From assembly GCA_965219385.1 (NCBI GenBank), contig CBDCNM010000002.1, forward strand, positions 2,986,305 to 3,050,304: a stretch of DNA of 64,000 bases, read 5' to 3'. This document shows, one piece after another, positions 1 through 9,661 of this stretch; within the stretch, counting starts at the first letter, position 1; each line of letters begins with the position of its first letter. Position numbers and translations under genes: made by a program. The notes beneath the pieces are model-generated. The model saw only the letters and a list, made by a program, of their open reading frames with translations, ran no database searches and had not been told where the DNA came from. The stretch comes from Candidatus Latescibacterota bacterium (GTDB taxonomy: Bacteria > Latescibacterota > UBA2968 > UBA8231).

Positions 1-2322
1 ATCCCTCAGTGTCATCATCTGGAGGGGACCATCCTCGCCAGAGAGTGCGGCGGCTTGTTGAATCCACTGAGAGATTTCCATACTATCTTCCCAACCAGCA
101 CTCGAAGCCAAAAAGTAAGCAGATGCTAATACACCAGCATCATCTTTTCCCTTCTCTACCGCTGCAAATGTCAGCTCTTTTGCATGGGGGATAGAATCCA
201 AGCGAAGGGCCATTTGAGCAGTGGTTATCAATTCTTGAGCATTTCTCTTGTCTTTTTCATTGCATTCGTTAGCTACAAACGCAGAAAGGGAGTTCCAATC
301 ACCCAAAGAGATTGCAAGATTAACCTGTAATGTGCGATAGTTCTCATTATCCCAATCATCATTCAGTTTCACCAATTCGGAGCGAGCCTTCAGCAACTCG
401 CCTTCGAGGTACAAAGTCCAGCAATAGAGCATTTGTAGTTTTTCAGATTGTTCTACAAGCGTCTTGTTTGACTCCAGAAACTCTACAAGCCGTTCATTTT
501 TCTGTGTCTTATGCAGAGCACGAGCAAACTCCTCTGCATTATGCAAAGCACGAGTTCTTTCAAACAGAGTTTCACTATACTCGCAAAGACCTTCCCAATC
601 GTCTCTGGCTCCGAGTTCGCTAACAAGGTTCTCCAAATCAGGCAGGGAATCTGTTTTCTCGAGCTGTTCCTTGAGAGCCTCAACTGGATCAGCCCCTTCT
701 GCTTCGGTAATTCTTCCCTGAAGTCGGCTTTCCTCCGTCTCAGAAAGTCCTTCTTCCAAAAGAATGCCCAAGCACTCATTTGCCTTATTAAGCTGCCCTG
801 TCTGAGAAAGTAGATCAATTTGGAGAGACAGCATTATTTTCTTGTCAATATGGTCGGCAAGCTCATCGCGGTGCTGAGCAATATAGTTCGCGGCATCCCC
901 TGGGGTCTTCTGTGTGAAAGTAAGAGCAAAGCGGGCAAGTGCAGCGTCAAGAGTAATTCCACCGTTGAGGGCAGTTTGTCGTTCGATCTCCCATTCAACT
1001 ACATCCAAGTCCAACTTGATTCCGAACTCAATACCGAGGCGAACAAAATGAAGAGCGGATTGGAGATCGCGAAGTTTAGACTCTAGTCGCTTCCGTCCTT
1101 TGTCTGATTCATCAGGATCTCTGAGTTCAAGCCAGAGTGCGTACTCATTATCTATTGTTGCCGCACAAGAAAGGCTTAATTGACTTGCAACTTCTGCCGC
1201 GTTAATAAAGTGTTGGCGTGCAACTCGACGAGTTTCAATCGCAGCCGCGTCTGAGGCAAGCGGAAAGTATGCGGCTTGGAATGGTACTTGGTTAATCACA
1301 ACGGAGCGAAACTCGTCAGGTACCGTGCTCAGCAGGTGAGTCATAGCTATCACATGATGGAGAACCGGAGCGTCGTGCAAATCGTCATCGGTCAGTACAC
1401 CAAGACATTCTTGCGATTCCTCCCAATCAGCGAGATTTAGCTGATTAGCCAAGAGAGAGAATTTGCCATCAGAATCCAAGTTAGCAGCTTCGATGTTAGC
1501 ATCCTTCAGCCAGTCAGCCACTCCCTGTGGACCGTCATGATGTTTAACGATCATAAAAGCCGTGGACCGAGATATTGGCGAATCAATATCCGCTAGAGTG
1601 CTCAGGGCAGCTTTCTTATCGCCTTTCTGTGACGATATAAAGGCGTCTGCTATATCTATTTCCTGACAAGTTCCTAATTCCTTCGCGCACTTGAGATACT
1701 TTTCTGCTTTGTCTAATTCTTCAGTACGTGACAGGACTCGCACACACCAAGCTAATGCTTGACTCCTTACCGCATTAGTGCCACCCGAGAGTTCTCCTTC
1801 TACCAGCTTTCTCGCTAGTGCTAATGAATACTGGCTACTGTCAAACTCCGCAAAAAAGCGAGATTTACGGAGTATATCGATCTCATCTTTGATTTTTTGA
1901 TCAACGAGTTCCATTGGAAAATCAGAATGAGAAAACACATTCGACGGAACGCTATCTAAGTCTTCGGAGGGCCGATTCACCATCACTTTAGTTTCGTGAT
2001 CCTGCTTCCACTGTTTGATCATTTCAGCCGGATAAGTTTCATATTGATCATCTACCACTGTATGGTGATTCGGACAAAGCAAAATCAGATTCTCTGGAGA
2101 ATTCAGTTCTTCATTGGTAAGTCCGGCTTTGCCTCTTGGACCATCGCCACTAATAGCATAAATGTGGCATATTTGAGCAACGACAGCAGCGTTAGATTTC
2201 TCAGTGGCTGGCTCGATTACATTGTTCGTACACTTTGGATGAGCACATTGGTTTCCACTCAAACCGAATAGAATTTTCAATGTCCTATGTAAATAATTTC
2301 GTCTTAGTGCTGTCATACTCAT
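1..2322 (-). CDS. Large protein, 3'-truncated by the window: N-terminal HNH endonuclease domain followed by helical/TPR-like repeats; candidate defence effector
   Basis: Hand translation gives 774 stop-free codons from ATG 2322 (MSMTALRRNYLHRTLKILFGLSGNQCAHPKC...AQICHIYAISGDGPRG...ENLILLCPNHHTVVD) to the window edge. The start overlaps the hsdS stop (TGATG). Absent from the ORF track because it has no stop in the window. Confidence 0.8.
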   Translation of the reverse strand, partial: MSMTALRRNYLHRTLKILFGLSGNQCAHPKCTNNVIEPATEKSNAAVVAQICHIYAISGDGPRGKAGLTNEELNSPENLILLCPNHHTVVDDQYETYPAEMIKQWKQDHETKVMVNRPSEDLDSVPSNVFSHSDFPMELVDQKIKDEIDILRKSRFFAEFDSSQYSLALARKLVEGELSGGTNAVRSQALAWCVRVLSRTEELDKAEKYLKCAKELGTCQEIDIADAFISSQKGDKKAALSTLADIDSPISRSTAFMIVKHHDGPQGVADWLKDANIEAANLDSDGKFSLLANQLNLADWEESQECLGVLTDDDLHDAPVLHHVIAMTHLLSTVPDEFRSVVINQVPFQAAYFPLASDAAAIETRRVARQHFINAAEVASQLSLSCAATIDNEYALWLELRDPDESDKGRKRLESKLRDLQSALHFVRLGIEFGIKLDLDVVEWEIERQTALNGGITLDAALARFALTFTQKTPGDAANYIAQHRDELADHIDKKIMLSLQIDLLSQTGQLNKANECLGILLEEGLSETEESRLQGRITEAEGADPVEALKEQLEKTDSLPDLENLVSELGARDDWEGLCEYSETLFERTRALHNAEEFARALHKTQKNERLVEFLESNKTLVEQSEKLQMLYCWTLYLEGELLKARSELVKLNDDWDNENYRTLQVNLAISLGDWNSLSAFVANECNEKDKRNAQELITTAQMALRLDSIPHAKELTFAAVEKGKDDAGVLASAYFLASSAGWEDSMEISQWIQQAAALSGEDGPLQMMTLRD

Positions 2323-2853
2323 CACCTTGCGATTTGATTTCTTATTCGCCACTTCCCCGTCAGCAACTTCTGCATCAATCCGCGTTTTTGTGTGCGGTAG
2401 CTCTTCGCTAGTTGCTCTAACATAGTGATTTCTTTCCGAGCCGTGTTAAGAACATTAACCACGCGGTCTTGTTCTGCAATTGGTGGTGCAGATATTGGCA
2501 GGTTCATTATCTGTTTGTCGGAGAGCTCTTTTTGACCTGTACCATCCATTATGTGACCAATGCGAAGGTAATAACTCTTACGAGAAAAGTAATAGAATAA
2601 GAATTCTGCATTCAATCTATTTCCGTCAATATCCAGAGATGTAATAGCATTTGAAGCAATGAAGCCATCAAGTTCTATTGGCACAATTCCGAATCCTCCA
2701 TTGTGGAAATTTTGACGGCCTATCAAAAATTCGCCAGCATTTCGGATGTAGTAAGGACGACCTTTCTCTGAAAGGGTAATTTTTATATCCCTGGTATTTG
2801 CTTCAATACCCTTACAATGAAGTTTGACTGTGAGAGGTTTTACACCTTTCGTG

Positions 2854-3728
2854 CTAGGCTGTGTACGATAAAAGGTTTTTGAGCCAAATACGGATGAAAG
2901 CGAGTATGATCATCGCCTGATACCTGTCGGCGTGTTTTTCATATCGGGTGGCAATGCGTCGGTTTTCTTTGAGCCGTCCGATGAGTCGTTCCACCACATT
3001 GCGCTGCCGATATAAGTCCTTGTCGAATCCGATGGCCTCAGGGGGATACTCCCCCTGCCGATTTTTTCGATGGGCGATCACGGGCTTGGTTCGCCGTTGG
3101 CGCAGTTTCTCGCGGATGGATTGACTATCATAGGCTTTATCACCGGCCAGGGCTTCAAACCGGGTGCGCTTGGGACCGGGTTTGCCTCCAATGGCCACTG
3201 AATCGAGCAAGGCGTCTACCTGGGTGGATTCATGCTGCTGACCCGGGGTTATGGTAACCGTGATGGGCTTGCCCGCCCCTTCACAAAGGACATGAATTTT
3301 GGTGGTATAGCCGCCACGGCTTTGCCCAAGCCCCTGTTTTTGAAGGCTTTCTTCACGGCTTATGGAAACACCATTTATGTTTTTTTTGCCCCGGCGGCTG
3401 CTTTATGCGCCCGAACGATGCTCCCATCGAGGGCGGCGAACGTAAAATCGATCTGATCCATATGGCGCGCTTGGGCTTCTAACGCATCCAGGATCTGTTG
3501 CCATAAGCCTTTTTGTTCCCAACGACGAAACCGGTCGGCCCCCGTGCTCCAAGGGCCGTACCGGGGGGGCAAATCGCGCCAAGGCGCGCCGGTGCGTAAA
3601 ATCCAGAAAATGCCGTTGAGCACTTGGCGATGACTCCGATAAGGGCAGCCCGGTTTGCCCGACCGTTCGGCAGGTAACAACGGCTTTAGCAGGGCAAATT
3701 CTTCATCGGTTAAGTCGTAGCGGGCCAT
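2854..3728 (-). CDS. IS5-family transposase, orfA/orfB joined by -1 frameshift at an A8 run (3380-3387)
   Basis: orfA MARYDLTDEEF...WILRTGAPWRDLP...DGSIVRAHKAAAG. The -1 frame continues KKNINGVS...GLGQSRGGYTTKIH...GDKAYDS...YRQRNVVERLIGRLK. Confidence 0.9.
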
Positions 3729-3810
3729 CGGTATCCCCTCCTTCGATTCAATGGTTGAAAGAGAGTATACCACGTCCCAATACTATTTCAAGCAATTATC
3801 GTACACAGCC
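2857..3810 (-). mobile_element. IS5-family insertion sequence (IS427-group-like), copy 1, 954 bp
   Basis: Perfect 15-bp terminal IRs GGCTGTGTACGATAA (2857-2871 and 3796-3810); TA duplication in a CTAG target; two-ORF DDE transposase. Confidence 0.95.
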
Positions 3811-4498
3811 TAGCAATTTTATCTTTTCGGGCAATACAGGCTGATTCTGAAAGAGTATTTTTACAGAACAGATCATCAAAAATTAACTTGTATTGCAACC
3901 ACTTAAATTGCTTCTCCTTCGCCGCGACCAGTGCTTCGGTTTTCTCAATCGCCGTGTCCCATGTTTCCAGTAAAGACGCGATGGCTTTTTGTTCAGGTAA
4001 GGTAGGTAAGGGGATCCTGAAACTAGAAAAGTCTTTTGCGTTTGCTCCTGGCTGTGCAGAACGAGCTTTGATCCCTTCTATAAAATTCCCCCAATATGCT
4101 GACTGTAAAACGCAGCTAATGAAAAATGGATACGCTATGCTCTGTTTCAATTTGCAGCGAATTAGGTATGAAGCAAACACTGAATGCACATCTGATCTTA
4201 TAATCTGATTATATCCGGTCGTCGCTCCTGTCCTTGCGATAACTATATCCCCAATTCCTAAAGTGTACTTATCTATTTTGCTGTTCTCTATTTTGCAATA
4301 TGGAACATCTTCCCAGTTTATGCTGTCTGAGACAATATCTGTAATTCTTAAGAACTTGGGGCCGATAGGTTTGCTGCTTGCAGTAGCAGTATATCCATAC
4401 GAGATGTCAGAACATAATTCTCCCAACTTCACCCGCCGCCACCCCTTCGGCAACGCTTCATTCTTCGCCGTCTTTCTACTCAAAGTCACTTTACACAC

Positions 4499-4573
4499 TC
4501 AACGTTTGATGGCTTCCGCACGCAGCTTCAGCCCCAAGGCGGTCATCACCTTTAGGATGGTATCGAAGCTCAG
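4499..4573 (-). pseudogene. C-terminal remnant of an HI1420-type addiction-module antidote gene
   Basis: Translates LSFDTILKVMTALGLKLRAEAIKR*, which resembles the family C-terminus; no start or N-terminal part. Confidence 0.6.
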
Positions 4574-4761
4574 CGGCAGTTATTCGGAAATTCCGAATAA
4601 CTGATCTTGTCTGTCACGGCAGTTGTCCGGAAATTCTGGATAACTAATTCTCGGTCTAACGCATCGCAATTCTTCCCTCGCCGGACCGACGGGTGATAAT
4701 CGCTCAAAATTCCGTCAGCGGCAGTATGTGCAAAACTTGCACATACTGAATCTTGGTCTAA
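4570..4761. repeat. Three 27-nt hairpins with conserved flanks; rhuM-like gene remnants
   Basis: CAGTTATTCGGAA-A-TTCCGAATAACTG (4577-4603), CAGTTGTCCGGAA-A-TTCTGGATAACTA (4620-4646), CAGTATGTGCAA-AAC-TTGCACATACTG (4722-4748). Each begins within a shared left flank TCA(G)CGGCAGT. Minus-strand peptides: SVIRNFRITAA, LDRELVIQNFRTTA, IFNDNELDQDSVCASFAHTAADG. Confidence 0.8.
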
Positions 4762-4797
4762 TTCGTTGTCATTAAAGATAGTCAGCCAGATGATTTT

Positions 4798-5130
4798 TCA
4801 ATGGGTAGCAACGTCGAGGTTGGATATCGGTACCTCCAATGGTTCAATCGACAGCCGACACCCCAGACCATTGAGAACAGTCCCAATTGTGTCAATCTGC
4901 GTCTCACCCTCGCTCGACAAGGCCCTCAAGAGGTTTTGAGGATCAGCATGGGCTCTCCTCGCAATTTCTCGAATCCCTCCCTGCGCTTCAATGACGCTGC
5001 GGAGTGCCAGCAGAAATGCAGGCGTGTCCCCGTCGGTTTGGTATTCTTCCAGTGCCGTTTGCAGATAGGAGATGGCCGCCTCGCGGTCAGAAAGTTTCTC
5101 GATCAGGTAATCGCGATATTTTCTCATCAT
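4798..5130 (-). CDS. Orphan addiction-module antidote / HTH protein (HI1420-like)
   Basis: YLIEKLSDREAAISYLQTALEE...AFLLALRSVIEAQGGIREIARRA...TIGTVLNGLGCRLSI; no adjacent toxin gene. Confidence 0.75.
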   Translation of the reverse strand: MMRKYRDYLIEKLSDREAAISYLQTALEEYQTDGDTPAFLLALRSVIEAQGGIREIARRAHADPQNLLRALSSEGETQIDTIGTVLNGLGCRLSIEPLEVPISNLDVATH

Positions 5131-5151
5131 TAGGACCCCGATTTATCTGGC

Positions 5152-6816
5152 CTACCAACTCTTCCCCTTCTGTTCCTTTGGAAAGAGCTTGCGGTCAGAC
5201 GGCCGGTTTTCGTCCAGAGCCTGAGTGAGATGCTCAAGCGTTTCCCGCTGTTCGTCTGCATCGCCCTCGTCCATCCACGACTGGATCAACCGGACAAGCC
5301 CGCCTTCGCGGTCGATCCCCTGCAACAACCTCCCCATCTCCCCACGCACCAGGCTTAATTCTTTTTCCAACTGATCGATTTCTCTTCCCACCGCATCAAT
5401 ATCAATCTCCTCTTCTTCCTCAAAGGTGTCCACGTAGCGCGGAATGTTCAGGTTGAAGTCGTTTTCCTCTATTTCTTCAAAGGTGGCGAGGTGGGCGTAT
5501 TTGTCTTCATCTTCGCGCGTTTTATAAGCCGCGGTGATCTTTTCGAGGTGCTCGTCCAGCAAGGTGTTTTGATTCTTGCCCGCCTGATATTCGCGGCTCG
5601 CATCGACAAACAAAACGTCTTTGCGTTTCTCATTCGCGCCCCCTTGCTCACGCGAGCGGTCAAAGACCAGAATGGCCACCGGTATCGAGGTCGTCGGGAA
5701 CAGGTTGCCGGGCAAGCCGATGACGGCGTCGAGCAGGTTTTCTTCAATGAATTGCTGGCGAATGCGCCCTTCGGCAGCGCCCCGGAACAAAACGCCGTGC
5801 GGGGCCACCACCGCAACCCGCCCTTCTTTTTCCAAAGCCGCTTCCACCATGTGGCTGATAAAAGCGTAATCGCCCTTGGATTTGGGCGGCACCCCGCGCC
5901 AAAAGCGGTTGTAAGGGTCCGTCTCGGCGTCTTCTGCGCCCCACTTGTCCAGCGAAAACGGCGGATTGGCGACCACGTTGTCGAACTTTATCAGTTGGTC
6001 GTTTTCCACCAGTGCCGGGGCGGTAAGGGTGTTGCACCACTCCACGCGGGCGGAGTCGGCGCCGTGCAGAAACATGTTCATCCGCGCCAGTGCCCAGGTG
6101 CTGCCGTTCACCTCCATGCCGTACAGGGCGTAGTCCCTGCCGTCCACCAGCCGGGCCGCCTCAATCAGCAGTCCCGCGGAACCGCAGGCGGGATCGCAGA
6201 TGCGGGCACCGGGCCTGGGAGCGCATAGTTTCGCCACCAGTTCGGACACCTTGTGCGGCGTATAGAACTCGCCGGCTTTTTTGCCCGCGTCGGATGCGAA
6301 ACGTTCGATCAGGTAGATGTAGGTATTGCCGATGACATCTTCCGAAACGCGGCTGGGACTCATGTTCAATTCGGGTTTATTGAAATCTTCCAGCAGCATT
6401 TTCAGGCGGCGATTGCGGTCTCTGGTTTTGCCGAGATTGGCCTCGCTGTTGAAATCTATATTGCGGAAAACACCTTCCAGTTTCTCTTTGTTCGTCGTTT
6501 CAATCGCCTCCAGCGCGATATTGATGCGTTCGCCAACGTTGGCTTCCGAGCGCTGTTCATAAAGGTCGTAAAAGCTGCTGCCCTCCGGCAAAACAAAACG
6601 CTCATTCTTCAACCTGCGCCGGATGCGTTCATCGTTGCCGCCGTATTTTTTTTGATATTCATCGTAGTGGTCTTTCCAGACATCGGAAATGTATTTGAGA
6701 AACAGCATCACGAGGATGTAATCTTTGTAGCCCGCCGCATCCATTACACCGCGAAAGGTGTCGCAGGCCGTCCAAGCGGCATTGTTGATGTCTTTCTGTT
6801 GGATTTGATTGCCCAT
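5152..6816 (-). CDS. hsdM: Type I RM DNA methyltransferase HsdM, with an atypical ~45-aa C-terminal extension
   Basis: GKKAGEFYTP, ICDPACGSAG (motif I), VANPPF (motif IV), FNLNIPRYVDTFEEEEEID. Confidence 0.95.
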   Translation of the reverse strand: MGNQIQQKDINNAAWTACDTFRGVMDAAGYKDYILVMLFLKYISDVWKDHYDEYQKKYGGNDERIRRRLKNERFVLPEGSSFYDLYEQRSEANVGERINIALEAIETTNKEKLEGVFRNIDFNSEANLGKTRDRNRRLKMLLEDFNKPELNMSPSRVSEDVIGNTYIYLIERFASDAGKKAGEFYTPHKVSELVAKLCAPRPGARICDPACGSAGLLIEAARLVDGRDYALYGMEVNGSTWALARMNMFLHGADSARVEWCNTLTAPALVENDQLIKFDNVVANPPFSLDKWGAEDAETDPYNRFWRGVPPKSKGDYAFISHMVEAALEKEGRVAVVAPHGVLFRGAAEGRIRQQFIEENLLDAVIGLPGNLFPTTSIPVAILVFDRSREQGGANEKRKDVLFVDASREYQAGKNQNTLLDEHLEKITAAYKTREDEDKYAHLATFEEIEENDFNLNIPRYVDTFEEEEEIDIDAVGREIDQLEKELSLVRGEMGRLLQGIDREGGLVRLIQSWMDEGDADEQRETLEHLTQALDENRPSDRKLFPKEQKGKSW

Positions 6817-6840
6817 GTTTCTTTATTGCTCCTATTGGAT

Positions 6841-7416
6841 TTAAGATTCTGTTGCCAATCGCATCTGAATCCCTTTGACTAATTTTTCTTTCTGCTCCGC
6901 CAAATCCCTCATCAGCCTCTGCTCCTCATCCGACAAATCGGCAAGGGCGACGATGCGCTCCTGAGTTTCAAGAGAGGGCAGGGGAATTTCCAAATCATCG
7001 AGGGCGGACTTGCCAATCACAGTCATCGCCGTCCCGGTAGCCCTGCTGTGCAAAAATGCCTGAGCTGACGACTGGTTGACGAACCAGCACAGATACTCCG
7101 GGAGGACATGCTTGCTCGTAACCCGGACTCGCAACAACGGAGCCGCGACAACCACCGAACCTATTTCAGTATTAATGATTGTCGCCGTGGTGGTCTTTCC
7201 TCTGGAGCGAAAAATAAAATCTTTGCGTTTTACCAAATGGCGGTCATTGAGACCGTTCATTTTGACGATAATCAGATTGCAATGCCCCAATTTGTTATCT
7301 TCGGTCAGGTCGCGCATCTGAATAACTGCAACATTTCCATCCGTTTCCGGCTCAATGCGGGAACGAAAGGAAATGCCCATCTGAACCAGGGCTATATCTT
7401 TAAGTCTGCACAGCAT
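6841..7416 (-). CDS. Small single-TRD HsdS-like restriction-modification subunit
   Basis: RLKDIA...VLPEYLCWFVN...LDDLEIPLPSLETQERIVAL; directly upstream of hsdM. Confidence 0.75.
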   Translation of the reverse strand: MLCRLKDIALVQMGISFRSRIEPETDGNVAVIQMRDLTEDNKLGHCNLIIVKMNGLNDRHLVKRKDFIFRSRGKTTTATIINTEIGSVVVAAPLLRVRVTSKHVLPEYLCWFVNQSSAQAFLHSRATGTAMTVIGKSALDDLEIPLPSLETQERIVALADLSDEEQRLMRDLAEQKEKLVKGIQMRLATES

Positions 7417-7541
7417 CTGAGAAAAATAAACGCGGGATACCGTCCCGTCAAGAAAAAAATACAGTAACGGCGTTATTTTAATATATTCTGTCGATTATGC
7501 GGAAAGACCCTGCGCAGTCCCGGGCGCGCCCAAGACCTGTT

Positions 7542-9212
7542 TTACTCCAGTTCGGCAAAATACTGCTCAGCGGGGGTTTGTTCAGACCCGTGCGTCAGGC
7601 CGTAGCGCCGGCAAAGAGCGATGTAGTGTTCTAGCAGTGCGGCTCTCCCCTCGTCCGTGGGGCTGCCGGTAGCGATCTTGGCTTTGTAGGCGCAGATCGA
7701 GGCCTTTTCGACCCGGGCGCGAACCTCTGCGCTGGAAGCCAGCTCGAGGCCCTGCCCGAAGTAGGATAGGGCTTTCCCGGCTATTTCCGGGTCGAGGCCG
7801 ACCTCTTCGGGGGTGGGGAAGCAGGTGGGATGCAGCCCCCTGGATTCGGCGTTGTCGTGCAGCATGCCGGCATAGTCCAGGATGGGCTGCGCTGCTTCCT
7901 CGTAGTGCAGCCGGATGAACTCCTCGCACAACCGGTCGCCGTCCTGCTGGGGGTCCCACAGCAGCCGGCTCAAAATGTAGTTGCGCAAATCGGACAGCTC
8001 GCCGGTGAGTCCGTTGTGGTTGGCCTGCATGAAGGCTCCTTTGGCGTTGTTGTCCATAAAGTAGCGCAGGCTGGGGGCGATGCTGCGCAGGTTGGGGAAG
8101 GGCAGGGTGTAGTGCCTGAAATTGGTGTTGTAGTGCCAGATCCAGATATCGTCGCAGATCTTTCCCCAGGCGTCCGTATCGCGGCAGAAGGCGCGATTTT
8201 TCTCGCATGCTGGATCGTCGATGGCGTGCAGGGTGCAGCACTCGATGCTGCACAACTGGATCTGGACGTTGGGGTGCGGACGCACGGTCCGGGGCGCCTG
8301 GCGGGTGTACTGGTAGGCCAGGGTGCCCACCTTGACGTGCGGGTGGACCTCTCCGATGCGAGCGGCTACGGCATTGACGAATTCCAGTTGCGAGCCCATG
8401 GGGGTGCCTTCCCGCTGGTTGACTTCCTCGCAGGGAGCGCAGCGGCAGTAGCGGCGGGTGTCGGCCTGGCTGACGCTGATGTTCTGCCGGTGGGGGTTTT
8501 CGTCCAGGATTTCGATGGCCGTGGCGGCGGCTATTTCCACGACCTCGGGATTGGTGACGCAGAGCTGGGGCCCGGCTCCGTACCTGTCGGTGTCCCGCTC
8601 GCCGTCCACCAAGGCGTAGTACTCGGGGTGGTCGGCGCCGTAGCGATCGAAGGACACCAGGAGGTGGAAGGAGTGGTTGATGAGTTCCTGGCCGGTCCTG
8701 CCGCCTAGGCGCTGGTCGTCGGTGACGGTGTTGACCCGCAGGCGGACGGCCCCTTCGGGATATTCCGCGTTCTCGCGATAGGCGCTCCAGCGGAACGACA
8801 GGGGCGGAACATAAGTGTAGGTTCCGCAGGGAATTTTTGCGCCGGAGGCCTCCGGGATATGGGTGTGGTCGTGGGTCAGAAAGCGCAGGCCGAGACCGTC
8901 TTCGAGCAGCTGGTAGACTCCGTACAGAACGCCCCGAGGGCGGCCTCCGGCGATGGTGATGCGATCCTTTGAAACCTCGATGCAGAAGCCTTCTTCACCC
9001 AGGTCCGGGGCGGACGCAACGCCGCCAATGCGGACCTGATGGGGGGCCGGGGTTGTGGAGGGGTGGAGGGGTAGATCCAGCCCGGTCGCCTGGTTGAAGA
9101 AGCGCTGGAATTCCTCGGCGGCGTAAACTTCCGCCGGGATGGCGTTGGTTGCGATTGCGATCTCCCAGTCCTTCATTTGGGAGCAGTCGAGCTGAGCTTT
9201 TTCGATGGCCAT
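7542..9212 (-). CDS. DUF4838-like protein with glycoside-hydrolase-type N-terminal domain
   Basis: EEGFCIE...IAGGRPRGVLYGVYQLLEDGLG, HPEYYALVDG...QLCVTNPEV, CRCAPC, YILSRLLWDP. Confidence 0.65.
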   Translation of the reverse strand: MAIEKAQLDCSQMKDWEIAIATNAIPAEVYAAEEFQRFFNQATGLDLPLHPSTTPAPHQVRIGGVASAPDLGEEGFCIEVSKDRITIAGGRPRGVLYGVYQLLEDGLGLRFLTHDHTHIPEASGAKIPCGTYTYVPPLSFRWSAYRENAEYPEGAVRLRVNTVTDDQRLGGRTGQELINHSFHLLVSFDRYGADHPEYYALVDGERDTDRYGAGPQLCVTNPEVVEIAAATAIEILDENPHRQNISVSQADTRRYCRCAPCEEVNQREGTPMGSQLEFVNAVAARIGEVHPHVKVGTLAYQYTRQAPRTVRPHPNVQIQLCSIECCTLHAIDDPACEKNRAFCRDTDAWGKICDDIWIWHYNTNFRHYTLPFPNLRSIAPSLRYFMDNNAKGAFMQANHNGLTGELSDLRNYILSRLLWDPQQDGDRLCEEFIRLHYEEAAQPILDYAGMLHDNAESRGLHPTCFPTPEEVGLDPEIAGKALSYFGQGLELASSAEVRARVEKASICAYKAKIATGSPTDEGRAALLEHYIALCRRYGLTHGSEQTPAEQYFAELE

Positions 9213-9281
9213 GAGGAGGCTCCTTTCCAGGTATTGGGTCTTTTCGCGCGGAATTTTCGCGCGGAATTTTAAGACGGCTTC

Positions 9282-9644
<363 letters not shown>

Positions 9645-9661
9645 TCAAATTCGGCCCGGAA

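Larger units (their letters stand above)
2322..4498 (-). pseudogene. hsdS: Type I RM specificity subunit HsdS interrupted by an IS5-family element
   Basis: N-part: LPKGWRRVKLGE...IPLPTLPEQKAIASLLETWD. C-part: PPIAEQDRVVNVL...QKRGLMQKLLTGKWR. Removing 2857-3810 plus one TA restores the frame (RKDKIA-S-TKGVKPLTVKLHCKGI...GEFLIGRQNFHNGG). Confidence 0.92.

Noticed and set aside
9..2271. Short ORFs listed in the track for 9-2271
   Set aside because: All overlap the long minus-strand HNH protein frame, which explains the region.
4570..4761. CRISPR array or integron attC sites
   Set aside because: Only three units; the palindromic part itself varies and spacing is irregular. No cas or intI gene is present. 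GTCTAAC at about 4654 has no matching GTTRRRY partner.
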